NCBI GenBank assembly: GCA_963699755.1
Contig: CAVOVB010000011.1
Location: 29,788-93,787 of the forward strand
Source: an uncultured delta proteobacterium
Lineage (GTDB): Bacteria; Myxococcota_A; Polyangia; Polyangiales; Houyiibacteriaceae
Length of the DNA stretch: 64,000 nt
Direction of reading: 5' to 3'
A program made the position numbers and the translations under genes. Of the stretch, positions 58,077 to 64,000 are shown piece after piece (within the stretch, counting starts at the first letter, position 1; every line of letters begins with the position of its first letter). The notes beneath the pieces are model-generated. The model made no database searches and was not told the DNA's origin. It saw nothing but the letters and a program-made list of their open reading frames with translations.

Positions 58077-58205
58077 CTATTTCAGAATCGCCAGTCCCGC
58101 CTCGCCTTCCTTCTTGGCAGCCTTTGCTGCCTTCTTTGCCTTCTTCTCCTTCGCAGTGAGCTTCGGCTTGTTCTTCGTATCGGTTCTCTTCTGATTCTTG
58201 CCCAT
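58077..58205 (-). CDS. 42-aa Lys-rich small protein
   Basis: MGKNQKRTDTKNKPKLTAKEKKAKKAAKAAKKEGEAGLAILK* with GAAGGGA RBS; below ORF-track cutoff. Confidence 0.6.
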   Translation of the reverse strand: MGKNQKRTDTKNKPKLTAKEKKAKKAAKAAKKEGEAGLAILK

Positions 58206-58545
58206 TCGGATCCCTTCGTCGTTCGGTTGCAGCCCAGACTAGCTACGGCCTGATTCGCTGAACCAGCTCTAGTATCCAGCGGGCGCAGGACAGGGCAAGC
58301 TGATGTGACATCGCCCCTTTTGTCTCACGGGTTGTGCGCTGAATGCCCAACAGTTGCGTCCGCCATCTCCTCTCGGAAGGCCTCCGCGCTTGGAACGGAG
58401 CCCAGGCAAGCGGGAACAAACTCGAGGATCGCTGACGCAGCGCTCACCGGGTTCGAATTGGAATCGCTCTACAAGCCATCCAACAAGTGCGTTCAAGTGG
58501 CCGGTGAATTCTTTGCCCGCTTTGGGCGCAGGGATGGACTCCTAC

Positions 58546-59076
58546 TTAACCCGCAGGAACAGGCGTCGACACGCTTTCGGGAGGCAACGCCAGCGCAGCG
58601 AGGGAAGTGTCCAACCCCTTGCACGCCGCGCTGCGATAGGCCTCCAGGGCGTGTGAAAAGCCCTCGGACCAGTCGGCATCGGAGGCGCGCATTGACTGGA
58701 CTTGCGCGGGAAGCCCGGGTGACGTCGTTAGCCCGCAGCCATCACGGAGCTCGTGGCAGCATGCATCCAGAGCCACGCGAAGTGAACCCGTCTCGCCTTC
58801 CAGCTCGGATCGCGAAGGCTCCCGTCCCAGCACCTGACCGGGAGCCAATTCCTCGAGATCAGCGATCGTCTGTCGGACGACCCCACGGATCGCGTCGAGA
58901 CGGAAGGTCTTCCACGCGCTCCGCAAAATGCCGGCTATGCATATCTCGCCCACACCCAACCCTAGCATCGAACGTCCGGCAGCACCGGGGAAACCGTCGA
59001 CTTGCGGGGTATTGCATTCGGCAAGAGCTGCGCTGCCCGGTTTGAGTCTAGAACGCAACTGCTCGGCCAACGACAT
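58546..59076 (-). CDS. hypothetical protein
   Basis: 176-aa ORF overlapping the end of the upstream gene. Confidence 0.5.
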   Translation of the reverse strand: MSLAEQLRSRLKPGSAALAECNTPQVDGFPGAAGRSMLGLGVGEICIAGILRSAWKTFRLDAIRGVVRQTIADLEELAPGQVLGREPSRSELEGETGSLRVALDACCHELRDGCGLTTSPGLPAQVQSMRASDADWSEGFSHALEAYRSAACKGLDTSLAALALPPESVSTPVPAG

Positions 59077-59839
59077 CAGGCTCGAGAAATGGAGCGGGCG
59101 ATGCGCGGTGCTCCGAGGGCTCTGTTATCGGTATTCGAACGCTCAGAATCTCCTGGTCCTGGGTGTGGCGGCGGCTCAGCGTCCCGTCGAGCTTCAGCGC
59201 GTAGGCGGCCGCCAGGGCGAAATACCTCGACTTGTCACGGTCATCCTGCGTGCGGCTATCTTCGGTTGTCGACGACTTCGGCCAGGCAATCTGGAACTCG
59301 GCCCATGTCCCCGAGCACGGCGGAAGAGTCACCTCGACCTCGTCCTCGGCTCTCGCAGATGCCGACCGGATCGCGACCTCGAAGAGAGAGGTCACCAGCC
59401 AGCGCCTCGCGGTGACGCGGCGCTCGCCTTGGATGACAAGACGAAGGCGCATCTCCCCGGATAACTCCGCGACGGCCTCGCGCGCGCAATCAGAGAGCTC
59501 GATCGAATCGGGAGTCCTGCCAGAGGGAGCCACGACGTCGCAGAAATGGTCGACGGTCTTTCCCAACAACTGGCAGCGCTCCCGGAGCTCCGACGCTAAC
59601 TCACCGACTCCAAACGTCGCGCGTCCCGCCAGTTGCTGCAGCTGCACGTCGGTTTCTCGGCCCAGCGCGTGTAGAAACGAAGGTCGCTCGCCGGCGTCCG
59701 CAATCGCAAGCCCTAGCTGCCGCCGAAGCCGTCTGATGTCTTCAACAGGGTCATCCCGTCGGAGCGACCGCTCCCACCACTCGAAGGCGTGTGGAGGCTG
59801 CCTGGAGGTGACGCGGAGCGCCCTTGGTAGTTCAAACAT
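59048..59839 (-). CDS. hypothetical protein with degenerate histidine-kinase/HATPase-like C-terminus
   Basis: IELSDCAREAV, LVTSLFEVAIRS, LAAAYALKLDGTL pattern without catalytic N/G boxes. Confidence 0.55.
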   Translation of the reverse strand: MFELPRALRVTSRQPPHAFEWWERSLRRDDPVEDIRRLRRQLGLAIADAGERPSFLHALGRETDVQLQQLAGRATFGVGELASELRERCQLLGKTVDHFCDVVAPSGRTPDSIELSDCAREAVAELSGEMRLRLVIQGERRVTARRWLVTSLFEVAIRSASARAEDEVEVTLPPCSGTWAEFQIAWPKSSTTEDSRTQDDRDKSRYFALAAAYALKLDGTLSRRHTQDQEILSVRIPITEPSEHRASPAPFLEPDVVGRAVAF

Positions 59840-59847
59840 CGCGGCGT

Positions 59848-60084
59848 CTAACCTTCGCCACCGAGGTCGCAGTACATTTCGGGGAACTCCAGCGCCCTGA
59901 GGGGCGAGCGGCACTCGCGACACAGGACAAGCCGATCTGGGTCGTCCGGGTAAACGAGGTCGCTAGCACTGTCGCAGGAAGCACAGACCGCCGTCCGAAG
60001 CGACCAAGGGCCCTGATCGCTCCATGTCGAGAAACCGATTGGTGGAAACGAAGCTCGTGTGGTGTGGGTCGCTCTGTGTTGCAT
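59848..60084 (-). CDS. small zinc-ribbon protein
   Basis: GGAGAAGAGG RBS; CASC...CREC. Confidence 0.55.
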   Translation of the reverse strand: MQHRATHTTRASFPPIGFSTWSDQGPWSLRTAVCASCDSASDLVYPDDPDRLVLCRECRSPLRALEFPEMYCDLGGEG

Positions 60085-60109
60085 CCTCTTCTCCCCTGGG
60101 GATTTCCGA

Positions 60110-60125
60110 TGCAAGACTCTAGCCA
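60110..60125 (-). promoter_or_regulatory. sigma54 -24/-12 promoter
   Basis: Minus strand TGGCTAGAGTCTTGCA (GG-N10-GC). Confidence 0.7.
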
Positions 60126-60187
60126 CGTACAAATCTCCTGTATTTTTGGTAAGTTGCATTTCGGTTGACCCTTCGCCGGCTTGCGTA

Positions 60188-60222
60188 TTCAATCAAAATG
60201 AATCACCGTTATTTCAATTTGA
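60188..60222. promoter_or_regulatory. putative activator binding sites (UAS)
   Basis: AT-rich imperfect inverted pair ATCAAAATGAA...TTCAATTTGAT. Confidence 0.5.
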
Positions 60223-60233
60223 TGGGGTGACTG

Positions 60234-61907
60234 ATGCGTGTGGAAGATCTGCATCACAAGGAGCTGCTGGAGCTCGATCCAGAGGGGGGCGTGATCCGTT
60301 TCGCCGGGCAGCGCGCCCTCCTTGTCGACGCGGTGGCGATGGGGCTCTTGCGTCAGTACCTCGTTGAAAACTTTGGCCTGACCGCTGCCCGAGCGGTGCT
60401 CACCCAATTTGGATTCGCGCACGGTTGGCGCATGGCGGCGGCAATGGAAAAGGAATTCAATTGGGACGACAATACGGAATGGCGTCTTGCCGGCTCCCAC
60501 ATCTACACCCTCGAGGGGCTTTTCCGCATCGAGCCGGGAACTGATGACCCGCTCACCAAGAACGGGGCGATGCTTCTTGCATCCTACGAGGCCGAGCAGC
60601 ATCTCTTGCACTTCGGTCGCTCCGATTCGGGCGTGTGCTGGACCATTTGCGGCCTCATGAGCGGTTACGTCAGCCACACTGCCAGCAAAGAAATCTATGT
60701 CCTCGAAGATCGCTGTTTGGGCCAAGGTCACGCGGCGTGCCACCTCTTGGGGCGTACGCGCGAAGATTGGGCTGACAAACACGCCGAAGAGCTGGTGTTC
60801 TTCGACTCGGGGCGGCTCAAGGAATGCCTCGATGTCTCACTCAGCAGGGTCACGGAGACCTTGAAGGCTGCAGAACAAAAGCTCCGAGCACACCATCAAG
60901 CGCTGGTACGCGCGGTGCCCGAAGTGGAAGATCCGCTCGGGTTTGTCGCCAAGAGCCCAAAGATGCAGCAGGTGGTGGACCTGGCGCGACGTGTGGCGAA
61001 AGTCGATGCCACCGTACTCATTACCGGCGAGAGCGGAGTGGGCAAGGAACGAATCTCGCGGTTCATCCATGACGAATCAACGCGAGCGGCTGGACCGTTC
61101 ATCGCCGTGAACTGTGGCGCCATTACAGAAACGCTCCTCGAGAGTGAGCTGTTTGGGCACACGCGCGGCGCGTTCACCGGTGCAGTCTCGGACCGGCCCG
61201 GCCTGTTCGAAGCCGCAAACGGCGGGACGCTGCTGCTGGACGAGATCGGCGAGGTCTCTCCACGCATGCAGGTCAAGCTCCTGCGGGTGCTTCAGGAGCG
61301 GGAGATCCGTCGGGTCGGGGAGACCAAGAACCGAGCGGTAAATGTGCGCGTCCTGGCCGCCACCAACCGCGATCTTGCCGAGGGGGTCGCTGAAGGCACT
61401 TTCCGGCAGGACCTCTACTACCGGCTTAAGGTCGTCGAGCTGCACGTTCCGCCGCTCCGGGAACGCAGAGACGACATCCTGCCACTCGGCCGGCTGCTGC
61501 TTGCGGATGCAGCGGTCCGGATGGCTCGCAAGATATCGGGTCTCGCCCCAAGCGCCGCCGATCAGCTCCTGCGCTACGAGTGGCCAGGCAACGTCCGCGA
61601 GCTGGAGAACGCCATGGAGCGTGCCGTCGCGCTCGCACTCGGAAGTCGTGTGGACCTCGAAGACCTGCCTGAGGAGATCCGCCGCGCGTCCCCCAAGCCC
61701 GTGGCTATCGAGGGAACGGTGAAACCGCTCAGCGAAATCGAAAAGGCGTACATCCTCGAGGTCCTGGAGCTAAACGGCGGAAATCAGACCCGCACCGCTG
61801 AGCAGCTCCGAATCGGCTCGGCGACGCTGTATCGCAAGCTCAAGAGATACGGCGTGATCGGCGGCAGGCCCGCGATCCGGAAGGGCCCCCGAGGAGAGAG
61901 CGCATGA
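60234..61907 (+). CDS. XylR/DmpR-type sigma54-dependent activator (XylR_N, V4R, AAA+, HTH)
   Basis: GVIRFAGQRALL, SYEAEQH, GESGVGKE, GAFTGA, WPGNVRELEN, TLYRKL. Confidence 0.93.
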   Translation: MRVEDLHHKELLELDPEGGVIRFAGQRALLVDAVAMGLLRQYLVENFGLTAARAVLTQFGFAHGWRMAAAMEKEFNWDDNTEWRLAGSHIYTLEGLFRIEPGTDDPLTKNGAMLLASYEAEQHLLHFGRSDSGVCWTICGLMSGYVSHTASKEIYVLEDRCLGQGHAACHLLGRTREDWADKHAEELVFFDSGRLKECLDVSLSRVTETLKAAEQKLRAHHQALVRAVPEVEDPLGFVAKSPKMQQVVDLARRVAKVDATVLITGESGVGKERISRFIHDESTRAAGPFIAVNCGAITETLLESELFGHTRGAFTGAVSDRPGLFEAANGGTLLLDEIGEVSPRMQVKLLRVLQEREIRRVGETKNRAVNVRVLAATNRDLAEGVAEGTFRQDLYYRLKVVELHVPPLRERRDDILPLGRLLLADAAVRMARKISGLAPSAADQLLRYEWPGNVRELENAMERAVALALGSRVDLEDLPEEIRRASPKPVAIEGTVKPLSEIEKAYILEVLELNGGNQTRTAEQLRIGSATLYRKLKRYGVIGGRPAIRKGPRGESA

Positions 61908-62217
61908 ATCAAGACGAGAGCTCCGGAGCGGTCCGCCGCGTAGCGCTGCTCGGAAACCACCTCCCGCGGCAGTGCGGGATCGCCACGTTCACGACCGACC
62001 TGGCTGACGCGATCTCGGCGACGTTCCCAGGCATCGACTGCGGAGTCGTCGCCATGAACGACGCCGGGAGACGCCACGCCTACGGCGATCGCGTTCGCTT
62101 CGAGATCGCCGAGAGCGATCGCGCGTCGTACCGCCGCGCGACCGACTTCTTGAACATCGGCGGGATTGACGTCCTCTGCCTCCAGCACGAGTACGGCATC
62201 TTCGGAGGCAAGGCGGG
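61904..62217 (+). pseudogene. glycosyltransferase family 4, 5' fragment cut by IS481
   Basis: HLPRQCGIATFT, LQHEYGIFGG, ends at IS terminal repeat. Confidence 0.8.
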
Positions 62218-63215
62218 TGTGATGTTACGGATCAAGCTGGACGTTCGTCGCTAGGATAGTTTGTCTCGCAGAGACTCGTAAGGAGTTTTTCCGCGATGAG
62301 CTCCGTGGGGTCGGTCGAAGTTGTAGAAGCGTTCCCATTCGGCGAGCTTCTTCCCGAGATCCACGTCGTCGCGATAGGTGAGCAGCTGGTAGAATTCGTC
62401 CTGGTCGGTCCGGTGGGACCGCTCGACTTTGCCATTGAGCTGAGGCGTCCGCGGTTTGATGTAGACGTGTTCCATGCCCAGGTCAGCGACGTGCCAGTGG
62501 AATAGCGCCTGGAACTCGTGGCCACGGTCCGTCCGGATAGTGCGTATCCGGAACGGAAACTTCTTCACCACGTAGTTGATGAAGTCGATGGCGTTGGCCT
62601 GCGTGTGGCGGCGATAGACCTTGAGGGCGCGAACCCGCGTGGCGTCATCGATGGCCGTGTACTGGTAGCGACGCACTGAGGTGCCGTTCTTCCGCTGAAG
62701 CGTCAGGAATTTCACGTCGACCTGTACGTGGTGACCGGGAACCCGCTTCTCGTAGCGATGCGTGTGTACGGCACGACGACCTACGCGGTTGGGAAGTCGG
62801 TTGAGGCCATGCCGCTTGCAGACCCGATAGACGGTCGCGTCGGACGTTTTGATTCCGTGGTAGCGCTGCAGGTACCAAACGATGCGGATAGGCCCCATGT
62901 GGTAGGTCCGACGCAGGTGCAAGATCTTCTCGACCACCTCGTCCGGCGTCTTGTTCGGGTGCTTGTGAGGGCCGCGTCTGCGGCTTCTGAGCCCCTCCTC
63001 ACCGAGCTCGCGATACCGGTCTCTCCATAGGTAGAAGGTCGACCTCGCAACCCCGAAGTATCGGCAGGTTTTGTTGACGTTTCCGATTCGCTCGGCGTGC
63101 TCAAGGATTCGCTTCTTCCGATGGATCTCTCGTTCTTCGTGGGTCATTCAGACCTCCTTGGCCATCCTCTACTCCGGGGATGACAAGATGGTCCGACTCG
63201 ATCTGAAATTTCACA
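62218..63215 (-). mobile_element. IS481-family insertion sequence
   Basis: TGT...ACA ends; imperfect IRs TGTGATGTTACGGATCAAGCTGGAC / TGTGAAATTTCAGATCGAGTCGGAC. Confidence 0.9.
62251..63147 (-). CDS. IS481 transposase
   Basis: VQVDVK, AIDDATR, TDRGHEF, PQLNGKVERSH. Confidence 0.95.
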   Translation of the reverse strand: MTHEEREIHRKKRILEHAERIGNVNKTCRYFGVARSTFYLWRDRYRELGEEGLRSRRRGPHKHPNKTPDEVVEKILHLRRTYHMGPIRIVWYLQRYHGIKTSDATVYRVCKRHGLNRLPNRVGRRAVHTHRYEKRVPGHHVQVDVKFLTLQRKNGTSVRRYQYTAIDDATRVRALKVYRRHTQANAIDFINYVVKKFPFRIRTIRTDRGHEFQALFHWHVADLGMEHVYIKPRTPQLNGKVERSHRTDQDEFYQLLTYRDDVDLGKKLAEWERFYNFDRPHGAHRGKTPYESLRDKLS

Positions 63216-63754
63216 CCACGCATACTTACATGGTGGCCGGCGTCTACACGGTTACCATGACGGTCTCAGACGTCGATGGGGCGTTCGATTCCCAACTGTT
63301 CCAGTTCGCTGTCATCTACGACCCAGATGGCGGCTTCGTCACGGGCGGTGGTTGGATCGATTCGCCCGAGGGCGCATACGTGCCCGACCCGGCACTGATT
63401 GGAAAGGCGAACTTCGGATTCGTGTCGAAGTACAAGAAGGGGGCCAGCGTGCCGACTGGAAACACCGAGTTCCAGTTCAAGGTCGCTGACCTCAACTTCA
63501 AGTCGTCGAGCTACGAGTGGCTGGTCATTGCTGGAGACCAGGCCAGGTACAAGGGCGAGGGCACCATCAACGGCGACGGCAGTTACAAGTTCATACTGTG
63601 GGGTGGTGACGGCACCGGGACGGATGGCGCGGATACATTCCGGATCAGGATCTGGACCGAGGACGAAGCGACTGCTGTCGAGACGGACGTCTATGACAAC
63701 GGCTTTGACCAAGATCTCGGAGGCGGGAGCGTCGTGATTCACAAAGCCAAGTAA
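63216..63754 (+). pseudogene. 3' fragment of a PKD-domain surface protein
   Basis: HTYMVAGVYTVTMTVSD, GFVTGGGWIDSP, KANFGFVSKYKKG; begins at the IS end. Confidence 0.8.
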
Positions 63755-63787
63755 GTAATATGGCCATCTGGGCCAACGACTCGAGAG

Positions 63788-63815
63788 AGACCCCGCTTGG
63801 GCGGGGTTTTTCTTT
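63788..63815 (+). terminator. intrinsic terminator
   Basis: AGACCCCGC-TTGG-GCGGGGTTT then TTCTTT. Confidence 0.75.
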
Positions 63816-64000
63816 GCCAGAACGGCCGAGAGCGGCTGTCGCAAATCTGCACAGGTACGAGGTCTAGAGCGCATCCGCGTGACACACATTTGCCACAACG
63901 CACCAAGGGACTCCGACCGAAATCAGAATCCCTTGGTTTTTTGGTGACCCCAACGATGCGAAGTTGGAACCAATTTTCCGCTTTCATTGAAGAGTGGGAC

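Overview
High-GC window that reads as a Myxococcota (Polyangiales-like) chromosome, inferred from gene content and order. Positions 1-38.6 kb are mostly housekeeping: recJ (partial), secF/secD/yajC, ilvE, tRNA-Ile2, rpoD, dnaG, nadC, birA, ygfZ, erpA, an RpoH-like sigma, a 1690-aa TPR protein, dsbD, HiPIP, lemA/TPM genes, tRNA-Arg, apt, surE, tRNA-Pro, merR, ihfA, pheT, pheS, rplT, rpmI, infC and thrS. From about 38.7 kb to the end is a mosaic, partly decayed accessory island. It holds a large secreted beta-helix/Cys-rich/Kelch protein, a RAYT-like HUH transposase with 76-bp repeats, a tRNA-Val(GAC) 3' att fragment, IS30, IS481 and IS66 pieces, mddA, an IncP-like traI/traJ-oriT-traK/traL module, an integrase remnant and a XylR-type sigma54 activator with a divergent sigma54 operon. 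The most unusual signal is a 140-190 bp non-coding element end present three times in direct orientation (44470, 46060, 50982). Each copy starts at a CCCTAYR|TAAACTGA core, and two of them cut diverged Ser/Thr kinase genes at the same codon of the GKxPY(M) motif. All calls are by eye from motifs and context; no searches were run.
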